NCBI RefSeq assembly: GCF_001194135.2
Contig: NC_068999.1
Coordinates: 46,062,036 to 46,126,035 of the forward strand
Length of the DNA stretch: 64,000 bases
Origin: Octopus bimaculoides
Taxonomy: Eukaryota
Direction of reading: 5' to 3'
Position 1 is the stretch's first letter, and the number at the start of each line of letters is the position of its first letter. The notes under the pieces are model-generated. The model searched no databases, had not been told where the DNA came from, and saw only the letters and a program-made list of their open reading frames with translations. Position numbers and translations under genes: made by a program. Below, piece after piece: positions 40,204-53,463 of the stretch.

Positions 40204-40482
40204 GCTGTTTACCTTTGATATGAGTTTGGTGGTCATCTAATTGATCATAGTTATCTAATTTTTCACATGCCTATAAAAATAATACAATTACGAAAGCGTC
40301 ACAATGATCAAATTGCTATTAATAGTGATGAATTCAGTTTCAGTGTGACACAGTTGACATTCTAATCAGATAAAACAGATTTCCCATCAGTTTAATTAAA
40401 ATATCAGAAAACTAGGGTATGTTGGTTTTGCTTGAGGATGGGGAATAAATTTTTCAGGCTGCACCCTTCATCAATGGTGTGG

Positions 40483-40680
40483 CCTTTGTGCCGGTGGCAC
40501 GTAAAAGCACCTACTACACTCTCGGAGTAGTTGGCGTTAGGAAGGGCATCCAGCTGTAGAAGCTCTGCCAAATCAGATTGGAGCCTGGTGTAGCCATCCG
40601 GTTTCACCAGTCCTCAGTCAAATCGTCCAACCCATGCTAGCATGGAAAGTGGACGTTAAACGATGATGATGATGATGATG
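40483..40680 (+). mobile_element. Family C repeat (SINE or LINE 3' end) with (GAT)n tail
   Basis: gtgccggtggcacgtaaaagcacc...ggcgttaggaagggcatccagctgtagaa...ccatgctagcatggaaagtggacgttaaacgatgatgat. Copies near 5963(-), 11400, 16061(-), 17808(-), 26180(-), 27880(-), 33460, 38850, 44462, 51750, 55775, 58470, 62738(-) and 63783(-). Confidence 0.85.
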
Positions 40681-43167
40681 AAGTATCATAAAATATAACT
40701 AGAAAGTCTTTGGGTTTTTTTTTTTCTAAACAGTTAGGCACAGGTGTGGCTGAATGGTAAGAAGTTTGCTTCAGAAACATGGTTCTGGGTTCAATTCCAC
40801 TGCATGGCACCTTGGGCAATTGTCTGCCATAGCCGCAGGTCAACGAAAGCTTTGTGAGTGGATGTGGTAGACAGAAACTGAAAGAAGCCTATCATGTGTG
40901 CACATGTGCGTTTTTGCTTCTGTCTACTTGCCTTGACATTGCATTATAGGTGTAAATGAGTGCTGCAGTTGTGCAAGTGATGTCCTTCATTTCCAGTTTT
41001 CTGTGGAAACGTGTCTGGTCACAGGGAAATGTTACCTTACTCGGAAACTGGTGTGGGTTGGCAACAGAAAGGACGTCAAGGCTGTGTAAAATGTAGCTTG
41101 ACAAATTTCCTCTGTCCCATGTGAACATGGGAAAGTGGACATTAAAACAATGTTGTTGTTGATGGTGATGATGATTGAGCTCAATTACTGTAGAATAAAG
41201 TGCTTGTGTCTAAAAGCATAACACAATGCTGGCAATTGATTTCATCTGATGACTGATAAAATAATTAGTTCCATGTCTTTGTTTATTTGGTAATTTCTCC
41301 TTGGAACATATGAACGACATGTTGACTCTCCAACCCACATAGCAACAGGTTTTCTCTCTTGCACAGAATAACTCCAAATAAGAATTAATACACAGCAGAG
41401 GAAACCCTTTCCCCTGCATGGAACAATCTATTTCTGGTACCATGGCTGAAATGCACCCTGTACACTCTGTTGTAAACGAGAGGGTTTGTGATAGGAAAGG
41501 CATCCAGTGTGTTGAAAAACAAACTGAATTGAAGTGATTGAGGGAGAAGGATATTTTAACTGAAATGAATGTTTGGTTAAGAAGTGGTGTGGCTAGACTT
41601 GGGCCTTGTATACGAGAGGTCACAAATTCACAAATTCTTGATGGGGATTGTAGAAGCATGTTTTAATTTAAGCCAGCATGGGAAATAAGACAAATGTTTT
41701 AATGATAATTGTGCAGCCGCTGCTGCTGCTGTTCCTCTATTTTCTGTATATTATTCCCTCTGCACAAAGTCTGTCTGTTTGTCTTTATCTTGCCTTGAGA
41801 ACTAACCGTGTTTTAAACTCAACACCCCCCCCCCTTTTGTTTTATTATCAATATATTTTTAAAACATCTATTGATTCATAAAGTGTGTCATTGTTGGTCA
41901 TAATTTAAGATTGTTATCAGAACATGTAGCATTGAAAATGTGTTCTGCTTCTACCAGGAATCAGTTTTATGGTGATGTTAGTCTGAGATTGTAACTGAAC
42001 GAAAGTGTTTTGTGAATAGACGCTGTATTTATATATATGTAGAGTTAGTCGGGAGGAGCTGGTAGTAAAGTAACGTCTGTAAGTTGCAAGTTAAAGGATG
42101 TTGGAAACATCTAGTTTTAGAGCCTGCCATTCCAAGACTAACTTAACTGACGTGTTTGCCAAGCTATTTAATTATATTGATCTGTTTGTACAGAGAATTC
42201 AGTAGAATCTGAAATACCATTAAAACATTGGGAGCCTGAAAATTGGTAAACAGAAGAGTCTTTGTACAAGAGAAATCCATACAAGAGAAAATATAGGCGT
42301 TTCTTCGATAAATTTTATTTTATTTTTTTTTTTTTTGTATTTTACTCTGTAATTTTTATTAGTTTTATTTCATCTCTGGCAGTGAATTTGTTTCCTTTGA
42401 ATAATCACTTTTAGAACCAAATGCCATAGAGCTTTATTTCAATCAAATCAAAATTTGTTCACTGTACAACCCCTCACTTCCACTCTCTACAAATGTGGAA
42501 CCTAGGCAATTGTTTTTAGTTTAATTTTCTCTTAAAATATTTGTCTTAGAATTATGGTATTACAGAAAAGAATCTTATTTAAAAAGAATCTTGGGTGCTA
42601 TGTATCCGTGTGTTATATATGTCCCTTAAGCCAGAGGAGCAATTTTTTACTGTTCTTTTCAATCCACTGCACAAGATCCTAAAAATGGTATATGTTATCA
42701 AATTTAAAAAAANNNNNNNNNNNNNNNNNNNNNNNNNNNNNNNNNNNNNNNNNNNNNNNNNNNNNNNNNNNNNNNNNNNNNNNNNNNNNNNNNNNNNNNN
42801 NNNNNNNNNNNNNNNNNNNNNNNNNNNNNNNNNNNNNNNNNNNNNNNNNNNNNNNNNNNNNNNNNNNNNNNNNNNNNNNNNNNNNNNNNNNNNNNNNNNN
42901 NNNNNNNNNNNNNNNNNNNNNNNNNNNNNNNNNNNNNNNNNNNNNNNNNNNNNNNNNNNNNNNNNNNNNNNNNNNNNNNNNNNNNNNNNNNNNNNNNNNN
43001 NNNNNNNNNNNNNNNNNNNNNNNNNNNNNNNNNNNNNNNNNNNNNNNNNNNNNNNNNNNNNNNNNNNNNNNNNNNNNNNNNNNNNNNNNNNNNAAGAATA
43101 TAAAAAAAGTATTAAAATTGTTTCAAATCAAAGATGGCAAGGACCAAGACAGAAACAACTTAATCAA

Positions 43168-43500
43168 AAGGCGATTAGCTGGCAGAAACATTAGCATGCC
43201 GGGCAAAATGCTTAGTGGTATTTCGTTCTGAGTTCAAATTCCGCCAATGTCGACTTTGCCTTTCATCCTTTCGAGGTCGATTGAATAAGTACCAGTTACG
43301 CACTGGAGTCGATACAATCGACTTAATCCATTTGTCTGTCCTTGTTTGTCCCCTCTGCGTGTAGCCCCTTGTGGGCAGCAAAGAAATAAGAATAAGTACT
43401 AGGCTTAAAAAATAAGTCCTGGGATTGATTTGTTCGACTGAAACCCTTCAAGGCGATGCTCCAGCATGGCCGCAGTCAAACGGCTGATACAAGTACAAGA
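43168..43500 (+). mobile_element. SINE family A head joined to the shared family D 3' module
   Basis: A-type head and body followed by aataagtactaggctt...gctccagcatggccgcagtc; the same module occurs at 59150-59310 and 49330-49500. Confidence 0.8.
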
Positions 43501-45857
43501 ATACCCTAGAGAGTAGGGGGTGAAATTGCAATGGTTTCATAGTACAGATATTGGTGTGTGTATTCCCATCTCTGGATTTATCGTGTAATAACTATAATTA
43601 TTTCTGTTCTCTACAAGAAACTCGGATTTATATCATTATGTGTTTTAAATAGAAAACATCCTAGTGGCAACATATTAATGTTTCCTTACTTGCATTGTGT
43701 AGTTGTAGGCATGGTTACGTGGTTAAGAGGTCCACTTTGCGACCATCTGGCTTCAGGTTCAGTCCCAATGCACAGTAACTTGGGGAAAGTGTCTTCTCGT
43801 TTAGCTCTGAGCCAGCCAATTCCTTGTGAATAAATTCAGTAGATGGAAACTGTGTGGAAATCCATTGTGTGTGTATGTACGCATGTGTGCGTATGTCTTT
43901 GCTTGTTCCCCCCCCNNNNNNNNNNNNNNNNNNNNNNNNNNNNNNNNNNNNNNNNNNNNNNNNNNNNNNNNNNNNNNNNNNNNNNNNNNNNNNNNNNNNN
44001 NNNNNNNNNNNNNNNNNNNNNNNNNNNNNNNNNNNNNNNNNNNNNNNNNNNNNNNNNNNNNNNNNNNNNNNNNNNNNNNNNNNNNNNNNNNNNNNNNNNN
44101 NNNNNNNNNNNNNNNNNNNNNNNNNNNNNNNNNNNNNNNNNNNNNNNNNNNNNNNNNNNNNNNNNNNNNNNNNNNNNNNNNNNNNNNNNNNNNNNNNNNN
44201 NNNNNNNNNNNNNNNNNNNNNNNNNNNNNNNNNNNNNNNNNNNNNNNNNNNNNNNNNNNNNNNNNNNNNNNNNNNNNNNNNNNNNNNNNNNNNNNNNNNN
44301 NNNNNNNNNNNNNNNNNNNNNNNNNNNNNNNNNNNNNNNNNNNNNNNNNNNNNNNNNNNNNNNNNNNNNNNNNNNNNNNNNNNNNNNNNCACAATACAGA
44401 GCATAATATGTAAATTAATCATTATATATATATATAATACATATATAATGGTCACTCCCATTCACCATTCACATAAAAAGCACCCACTACACTCTCAGAA
44501 GGGTTGGCGTTGGGAAGGGCATCCAGCCATAGAAACATTGCCAGATCAGATTGGAGCCTGGTGTAGCCACTGGCTCTCCAGACCTCAGTCAAACCATCCA
44601 TCCCATGCCAGCATGGAAAACAGATATTAAATGATGATGATGATGATGATAAATGCAGAAACAACTTGTAGATTGCAATAGTCAGTAAAATAGAAATAAA
44701 ATTTAAAAAATTATATGCTTTGTGTGTGACCGAGTACTAAATGATCAATGGGTTGGGGGTGGGGACCTTGTTCTAAAATATTCAGTGGACTTCTTGCATG
44801 AATAAGGATGCTTTATGTAAAAGTATTTTCGGTTTACTTACAACCGTCACTTGGTTTATCAATCTCTTACCACAGACAACACACATAGGCTGTGACTTCT
44901 TTTCTCCTAATGAAGTAACATTGAAGGACAAATACATTTATTATATTGGTGCATTACTCTGTTGGAACTAACGCAAACGGCGTTGTGACTATCTCTGCCA
45001 TCCATACTTATCATCATAATTGATTTTTTTTCAACTGGAAATCTGACCATGCCTATAATAAATCCTGTTAAAAATTAAACTACTAAATGCAGAAATAACT
45101 AAATTAAAATTGATGTATTCATTCTTGCCTTGCTTGGCAGCAGTTGTCGTGGCGATTAATGATTATGACTAAAAAAAAAAAAGAGTAAAAATTAGTGCTA
45201 AAACTCAAGTACATATAAATTTATCTTCATTTTTTTTTTTAGATGATGTGTGTATGTTCATATATATATATATATATNNNNNNNNNNNNNNNNNNNNNNN
45301 NNNNNNNNNNNNNNNNNNNNNNNNNNNNNNNNNNNNNNNNNNNNNNNNNNNNNNNNNNNNNNNNNNNNNNNNNNNNNNNNNNNNNNNNNNNNNNNNNNNN
45401 NNNNNNNNNNNNNNNNNNNNNNNNNNNNNNNNNNNNNNNNNNNNNNNNNNNNNNNNNNNNNNNNNNNNNNNNNNNNNNNNNNNNNNNNNNNNNNNNNNNN
45501 NNNNNNNNNNNNNNNNNNNNNNCTGTTCTCTTTTTTTAAACCTAACACAACTCTCAATTCTCATGCATCCTTATTTTTCCAACCATTATCTACATGGATT
45601 ACCATTGAACTTCAAAAGCTCAAAGACAATATAATGTATTGGTATATTTATTTTCTTATATATTATTTTCTTCATTTTGTACTTCCTTGTAAAAAAACAT
45701 TTTCATTCTCCCTCTTCTTGAAAATTTGCTTCGCAATGAAAGCCGGTTAGAGAAATCTTTATTAAAATATGCTTCCAGTTTAGCATTCTGCCTTATTATT
45801 ATTTTTCATTTTCCTATTATTTCTCCACGTGCAGTTAACACAACCCCACTATTTACT

Positions 45858-45900
<43 letters not shown>

Positions 45901-47142
45901 GTGTGTTTGTGTTATGAATACACACAGATAGGTAAATGTATATATGTACATATAAATTTATTTTCAATTTCAGGATGATTGTGTGTGTGTGTGTGTGCAT
46001 AAATATATCTATACATACATGTCTATACTGTGTAATCCCCAGTTCCTCATCATTGCAAAATGATGCCAAAGGTGAATCCAGTTCAAATCATTGTTGAAAG
46101 CCAAAGTCAAAGCATGGACAACTACACATGCAGTATTTGTTGTTGTTTTAGGCCCCACCCTGTCAAATAATATCAATAGAGATCATAAACAATCCGCTGA
46201 TAAAAATACAATTGACTAACCAACCGGCAGCAGCAGATTCTAAACCAACTCTGCACTCATTGTTATCATCATCATCATTTAAGGCCCACCTTTCCATGCT
46301 TTCATGGGTCAAGTGGAATTCATTCAGGCAGATTTTCTGTGGCCTTATGCCCTTCCTGTTACTAACCTTTGCATGTTTCCAAGCAAGGTAATGTTTTTCC
46401 ATGGAAAATATCACATGGAAGAATGGAAGTGAACAACACACCACTTCTTTTGAAATATGCATTCTTTGGTTTTTCAATTAGATTTTGAAAAATCATAAAA
46501 GAATTTATTAAAATAACTTCATCATTATATCAAGCTGGTGTTTAGAACATTATTTACAGCCTTTACATGATGTCACAACAAGGGTACAAACCCCCCCCCC
46601 TCGCATACACCTACATCATTTCGATGTCTACTTTTCCATGCTTGCATAGGTTGGACAGAATTTGTTGAAGCATATTTTCTGTGGCCAGATGTCCCTCTTG
46701 TTGTCAATCCTCACCTGCTTCCAAGTAAAGTAATATTTATCCCCTGACCAGACATACTTTCACGGAATATCGGAAACAAACCCTGCTTGCACGATGGTGG
46801 CACTTGTTTACAGCTCTCACAAAACGTCAAGGCTATGAGACAATAACACACANNNNNNNNNNNNNNNNNNNNNNNNNNNNNNNNNNNNNNNNNNNNNNNN
46901 NNNNNNNNNNNNNNNNNNNNNNNNNNNNNNNNNNNNNNNNNNNNNNNNNNNNNNNNNNNNNNNNNNNNNNNNNNNNNNNNNNNNNNNNNNNNNNNNNNNN
47001 NNNNNNNNNNNNNNNNNNNNNNNNNNNNNNNNNNNNNNNNNNNNNNNGCACTTGTTTACAGCTCTCACAAAACGTCAAGGCTATGAGACAATAACACACA
47101 CTCACATGTACAGATACACACATGCTCTCACACACACATACA

Positions 47143-47305
47143 ATGAGCTTCTTTCAGTTTGCTCCTACTAAATCCACTCCCCAGGCTCTGGTTGGCCTGG
47201 GGCTATAGTGGAAGACAATCGTCCAAGGTGCTGTGGTGTGGGACTTGAACCTGAAACCACATGGTTGGGAGGCGAACTTCTTAACTACACAGCCATGCCT
47301 GCATC
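47143..47305 (-). mobile_element. Family B SINE, upstream of coding exon 2
   Basis: Reverse complement reads gcaggcatggctgtgtagttaagaagttcgcctcccaaccatgtggtttcaggttcaagtccc. Confidence 0.8.
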
Positions 47306-47984
47306 TATTGTATTTTCCTAAATATCTTGGTATCTTCCAACTCATTTGAAAATGTCAATACACAGCAATTGCAAATTTTTGGAATGGCATCAGGGTGGAG
47401 TGGGGGATGAGTGCTATGAACTCTTGGCTGCATCGCAGTAGAAAGACCTAAGGCCTCAGTTATTGATTTGCCTGTTTTATGGCATTAATATGCAGTCTAT
47501 GTAAAGAAATCTTGGAAATTGGATATTGAACTGGCTTTACCGTTCCTGGCATCGTTGTGCCAAGAACAAATATAGACTGTAAGATAATGGCTTTGTTTGG
47601 ACTTAACCTAAAGAGTAGCTTTGAAAGGAAGAATTAGCAACTGTGGCTTGATGCTAATTAAGTTTATATTAGAAAAGCCTAAATAATTGAATGTTTAAAA
47701 AAAAAAATGATGTTAATATTTCATTTGCTTGTAATATTTTAATGCGTTTATATGTATATATATATATGCACACACAGACACGTGTGTGTGCGCACACACA
47801 CACACACACATACATATCATTCTCCTCCCTGACTCTTTTACTATGGTCGCCTCTATTTATCTTTCTTCTCTTCTCCCCCCCCCTCTCTCTCTCATTGCAA
47901 GTTTTATATTTTGTTCTTATGCATTAAAACGAATTTCCTTTGTAAATAAATTTTTCCATCTTGAATATTCTTTTGTTTTTACAG

Positions 47985-48068
47985 AAAGACAAATCTAGTG
48001 CTACTCTAAAAACATTTGAAGACTATCCTGCTAGTTTTGGACCAGGAATTCCAATGCAGGGAATCAGA
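47985..48068 (+). CDS. RNF13: RNF13-like coding exon 2: KDKSSATLKTFEDYPASFGPGIPMQGIR
   Basis: ttttgtttttacag acceptor, AGA|GTAGGT donor, 84 nt, phase 0-0; resembles the RNF13 lumenal 'TFDDLPARFG' segment. Confidence 0.92.
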
Positions 48069-48784
48069 GTAGGTTAAACTTTTCTATTCTTTTCCAGTTC
48101 TTCATAAGGACCAACCCTTCCTGAAAACATTGAATTAATTTGTGAATTTCAAATAAGATAGATAATCGTTATTTTTTTAACATACTCAGCCCAGTAATAA
48201 GACAACATCTATGGAAGACATGTGCAGGACGCTTGATGTATACAGGTAGAATTTTGGTGCCATAGTTGATGGAGGAGTTGGACTATATAGGGTTCAGGTG
48301 CTGGAACTGACGTACGGTTTGTTGGGTCTCTTTGCAACATAGGTTTCTGAGTTTTTCATTGTTAGCCATGTTACTGCCCAAGCACATGAATGAATGAATG
48401 AACAGTCTCAAGTTTGGCCCTCCAAACGTGAGACTTGTTATTGCTTTGTGCTTCTCCCCCCACCCATCCACCCATAATCATCATTTTTTTTTTTTTTGTC
48501 TTTGCATTGCAGATTCACAACTCACACCGAAGTTATCCCACCTGGTCTGGGACACTAAGACTTCTTTAACACTTGCCATCGTGTAGGGAGCTTTTTCCAG
48601 GACACTATCCTGCAGCAAATTTGGCATATAATCCAAAACACATGAGCTACATATGTGCAACCAATAATGTATACATTACAAGAGTTGCTCTTAATATGTA
48701 ATTTTATATACGATTTTATATATGTATATATATATGCAGGTGTAACTGTGTTGTAGGAAGTTTGCTCCCCAACATGGAGTAGGA

Positions 48785-49281
48785 ACGATGGATTTACTGG
48801 CAAAGGGCACCACAATTAATGGGGCATATTAGGCTTCTCTGCTGCAGAAATTGCAGTATGCCATCAAATCAGAGAGGTTTGGCATGCTGACTAAAGGAAT
48901 CCGCCTTCTCCAAGACAACACCCCAGTTCACAATGTTGCCCAGATGAAAGCACTCTCCTGCAGCTATGAAATCCCTTCTCATCCCCCTTACTTTCCTGAC
49001 CTCGCACCATCTGATTTCCATGTCTTTCCAACTATGAAGTCTTATTTGAATGGAAGCACTTTTTGGATGATGATGAATTTATTTCCGAAGTAAAAAGTCT
49101 TGGCTCCAGACACAACCTACCAACTTCTACAGACGAGGTCTTCACAGCTGCATAAAGCAATGGGAGAAGTATGTCACCATTGGTGGTGGCTATGTAGAGA
49201 AGGACTAATAACTATGCCAAATTTTGTTTATCCTAGTCCTTGGGAAGTGGGTCAGGGGAAATCTTTAATGAAAACCCCTCA
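48785..49281 (+). pseudogene. Tc1/mariner (mariner D,D34D) transposase 3' remnant with terminal inverted repeat
   Basis: LLAKGTTINGAY*ASLLQKLQYAIKSER...LLQDNTPVH...HPPYFPDLAPSDFHVFP matches mariner HDNA and YSPDLAPSD motifs; ends in TIR-like ctttaatgaaaacccctca followed by TA. Confidence 0.9.
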
Positions 49282-49701
49282 TATATATATATATATATTT
49301 ACTTGTGTCTGTGTTTGTACCCCACCATCGACTGACAACTAGTATTGGTGTTTATGCCCCCATAACTTAGCAGTTCAGCAAAAGTGACTAATAGAATAAG
49401 CACCAGGCTTACAAAACTGGAGTTGATTCGTTTGACTAAAATTTCTCCAAGGCAGTGCTCCAGCATGGCTACAGTCCAGTGACTGAAACAAACAAAAAGA
49501 TAGAAAGATGTTTATTAATGTAGACACTTGTTTTGAAAATCTGTTTGGCAGCAAATCCGTCTTTGAAGTTTACGTTCCAGAAACGAGATGTAAAGAGTTA
49601 TTCATGCTTACAATAACATTGACGCAATGTCCACTTTTCCATTTGTAGTTGCACCAATTTTAAAACATAAATAACACAACATTTTTTCTTTGGTTTTGCA
49701 G

Positions 49702-49830
49702 GGTCGCCTTATCTACGTTGTACCTTCCGATGGCTGCTCTTCTGTGGACCCACCACCTCGGATAGATAATGCCACTTTGTGGATAGCTCTCGTCGCTCGT
49801 ACACATAATCAGTGTGAATTTTCTGAAAAG
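49702..49830 (+). CDS. RNF13: RNF13-like coding exon 3 (PA domain): GRLIYVVPSDGCSSVDPPPRIDNATLWIALVARTHNQCEFSEK
   Basis: tttggttttgcag acceptor, AAG|GTGAAA donor, 129 nt, phase 0-0; PA-domain pattern (C..PPP, ALV.R..C.F..K) and an NAT sequon. Confidence 0.93.
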
Positions 49831-49944
49831 GTGAAAAATCTTGTTTGGATTCATCGTCTGTTTTTTTTTACTTAATGATTGTAAAGTTGATCAATATTTT
49901 TGATGCATTTCTTGGAATTAATACTAATACAGACTTTGTTTCAC

Positions 49945-50310
49945 ACTGTGTGGTAAGAAGCTTGCTTCCCAACCACATGGTTCTGGGTTCAGTCCCACTG
50001 CATGGCACCTTGGGCAAATGTCTTTTACTATAGCCTCGGGACAACCAAAACCTTGCGAGTGGATTTGGTAGATGGAAACTGGAAAAAGCCCCTCGTGTAT
50101 ATATTTATGTGTGTGTGTTTGTTTCCCTACCATTGCTTGACAACTGATGTTGGTCTGTTTACATCCCCGTACCTTAGCGGTTCGGCAGAAGAGACCGATA
50201 GCATAAGTACTTGGTTTACAAAGAATAAGTCCTGGGGTCGTAAAAAACTTTTTTAGGTAGTGCTCCAGCATGGTCACAGTCAAATCACTGAAGCAAATAA
50301 ATGAATAAAA
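49945..50310 (+). mobile_element. Family B SINE + microsatellite + family D module, downstream of coding exon 3
   Basis: ctgtgtggtaagaagcttgcttcccaacc...; (TA)/(TG) spacer; then cttagcggttcggcagaagagaccgatag...gctccagcatggtcacagtc. Confidence 0.8.
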
Positions 50311-52516
50311 GAGCATGTATTGTGTTTGTAATTATAACATCATCATCCTCCTCATTACTGTTGGTTTTACATCCATTTTTTTCATGTTAGAATGGATGCC
50401 CTTCCTAATGCCAACAACTTTACAGAGTGTACTGGGTGTTTTTTTTCCATGGCACCATCACCAGTGCTTTTTCCGTGGCTCACTTATTGTAAGTTTGTAT
50501 TGCCTGGTTAGAAACAGCTGGCCACTTTAGAATTTATGAGTGTCTTGTCTGGCAATGTTAAATTCAGAATTGCTCAGATCAGAAGTTTCTTACAATAGGC
50601 TGGCATTTTAATGTTTCTCATTCACTTTGTACCACAGAAACCAGAATAAACAACTAGTTCAGCGGACTATAGTTAATCAGGTGCCATTTGTGTGACACCA
50701 GGGTGCATTTACTTGCCACCAACACAGGTGCCAATTTGTGTGACACCGGTATCTGCCATGACTGCAATTTTGCTCAACTTGATGGGTTGTCTTTTCACAC
50801 ACACACACACACTCTTTCTCTCTCTCTCTCATGGTTTTTATCTATTTACCTCGTTTGCATCATCAACCCTATAAATATATATATATTTACACAAGTTTTT
50901 GCAAAAATTATTTGATACAGTAACGATATTTGAAGAAAGATTTTCTTAAAATAAAAATATTCATTATATTAAAAAAAAAATCTTTAAAAAATAAACAGAA
51001 TGACGCCAACCTTTTGGAAACAACCACTCTTTTGATGTATTGCAAACCATGTGATGGTTTTGGCACACCACATTGTTATAATAGCATGGTATTCTTTTAA
51101 GTTCAGTTCTCTATATATATAAAAATGGAGGAAAAAAATAAGCATAAATGAATGTATGTATGTATATATATAAATGGAGAAAAAAATAAGCATAAATAAT
51201 GTTACAGTTAATATGAAAGAAGAATTTGTAATGAAAGAAGCATTTGTTTTCTGCTGTAGGTGGAGTAGTTTTATTTCTGAAAGTATATTTAATTAAATCA
51301 TATCAGGACACAATGCAGAAGTTTTCTGAAAACATACTGCAACCAGAACAACATTAACAAAAATATTGTAAATGTTGGAAAAATATTCAATAAGAATATG
51401 GAAATAAAACAATAAATCCACTCGTTGGTGTGTCACATGAAGAGATGGTAGTCTTTAGAAAGAGTATATAAGTTGCTGGATACTCAGTCGGTTGTAATGA
51501 GTATTCCAGTTGATTCAACCAAAAGAACAGTCTGGTCATGGAGTTAATTTGGATGTGCTTGAGTACTCCACAGACATGCACACCCTTGATGTAGTTCTTG
51601 AGGAGAGTCATGACACTCCGAATGGTTTTCAAATAGAACGAACCATGTGCCCAGAACCTGCAGATTGCTTAGAGACACACAACACGTTCTAGAAATCAGC
51701 CTGACCTCATGTCTCAATATTAAGAAACAAATAGTAGCTCTTATTTTAGTACATCATCATTTAACATCCGTTTTCCATGCTGGCATGGGTTGGACGGTTT
51801 GACAGAAGCCGACCTGCCTTACAAGTTACCTGATGATCTCGCTAGTACTTGTGTGTCCCCTCCCCTCAAAAAAGCACCCAGTGTGTTCTATAAAGTGGTT
51901 GGCATTAGATTAGTAAAAGTATCCAGTTGTAGAGACCATGCTACAACAGACACTGGAGTTCGACACAGTCCGCCAGCTTGTTAGATCCTGTCAAACCACC
52001 CACCCCTTCCCAGCATGGAAGATGGATGTCAACCGATGATGATGATGATGATGACGACGACAACAACAACAGCAACGTTCTTCTTCTCTGTCATCATCAT
52101 TTCAGCAACAGACAACAAAAAAAAAAAAGCTTATTCAGGCTTCTTCTTTCCTAAGTTTGTTAATTACAATTATTATTGCTTACTTAGAGCAGAGTACATT
52201 CAGCTGTTGAGAACAGATGGCAGGTTGATGAGACAAATAGCGATAAGCATGTGACTGTAATTACAAGAAGTGGAAGAGGCAAATGTGAAGAGGATGTGTT
52301 GTGTGATTGGCAGTTGTGATGGGGAAGTAGCTATTGAAGTCGTGAAGTTGTGAATAGAAACGTTCATGTTGACTCATTGAAATGGGAAAAACATATTTTA
52401 AATGAGGAACTTTAATTTTTGTCTGCAATTTTTATTTCTTCCATTGTAAAATGCCAGAAAGAAGTCATTGTCATCTGCCATTGTTGTTATTGTGTATAAC
52501 TGTCTTCTTTTTGTAG

Positions 52517-52607
52517 GTTCTTAATGCTGAAAAAGCTGGCTTTAATGCAGCTATTGTCCATAATTATTTCAATAATGATGACTTAGTTTACATGGGATCA
52601 GGTGCTG
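52517..52607 (+). CDS. RNF13: RNF13-like coding exon 4 (PA domain): VLNAEKAGFNAAIVHNYFNNDDLVYMGSGA
   Basis: tcttctttttgtag acceptor, G|GTAAGT donor, 91 nt, phase 0-1; matches family motif VLNAQRAGYKAAIVHN...DDLISMGS. Confidence 0.95.
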
Positions 52608-52891
52608 GTAAGTCTGTTGCTATTTTTCTCTCATCTCTTGTTTCAGTAAAGGAGGTGGTTCCTGCTGCTGCCACCACCACCACTAGTACTACTCCTACTA
52701 TTGTCGAATGCTCATTAGTAATCTACTCATTTTACTTGGCTAATTAGTTTTTATTTTATAATCCGTTTGCTACAAAAATATTTTCTAATGACAAGCACAT
52801 TTCCCCCCCCCCCCCNNNNNNNNNNNNNNNNNNNNNNNNNNNNNNCCTCATCTCTCTCCTCCCAACAAGGGTCAAAGTTCTCTTTTGTGTC

Positions 52892-53463
52892 GACCATTGT
52901 AACCAATCGAAGGCTGTATCATCCCTCCAATTGTTGTAACATCATAACTTGTGCTTTTACCACAGTTGTAACATATCGACTGCCGTACCATCTTAGATGT
53001 TGTAACACTTTTAAGCATCATTTCACTTTGATTGTTGTAACTTCATAACTGTTGTAGCATTACACCATGACTGCTGTGCTGTTACAACAGTCGTAGTGCC
53101 ACAACTGTTGTAACATCTTAAATGTAGCGTATTAAGTTTTGTATTGGCTTGACTGTTGTAACATCACACCAAACTGTAGTGGTGTTACAAGTGTTGTAAC
53201 ACCTTAACTGCTGTAACACACCTCAACTGTTGTGTCTTAAATGTCGTAACACCTTAAGTTTGTATCATCTTGACTGTTGTAGCATCATAGCTATAACAGC
53301 TGTTTTGCTGTTACAAGTGTCAGTGTTACATGCAATGTATGATACACCTCAACTGTTATAGTATCATCATGACTTGAAATACCTTAAGCATTGTATCACC
53401 TTGACTGTTGTAACTCCACAGGTGTTGTAACACTGCGATGGTTGTAATACAATAACTGCTGTG
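52892..53463. repeat. Degenerate minisatellite rich in TGTTGTAAC(A) and its reverse complement TGTTACAA
   Basis: More than 15 variants of (c)tgttgtaaca within 570 bp, inside the intron between coding exons 4 and 5. Confidence 0.75.

Noticed and set aside
42194-42245. Possible 52-nt cassette exon (tttgtacag ... TG|GTAAAC) between coding exons 1 and 2
   Set aside because: Not a multiple of 3, carries an in-frame TAG, and has no supporting evidence; such sites arise by chance in a 12-kb intron.
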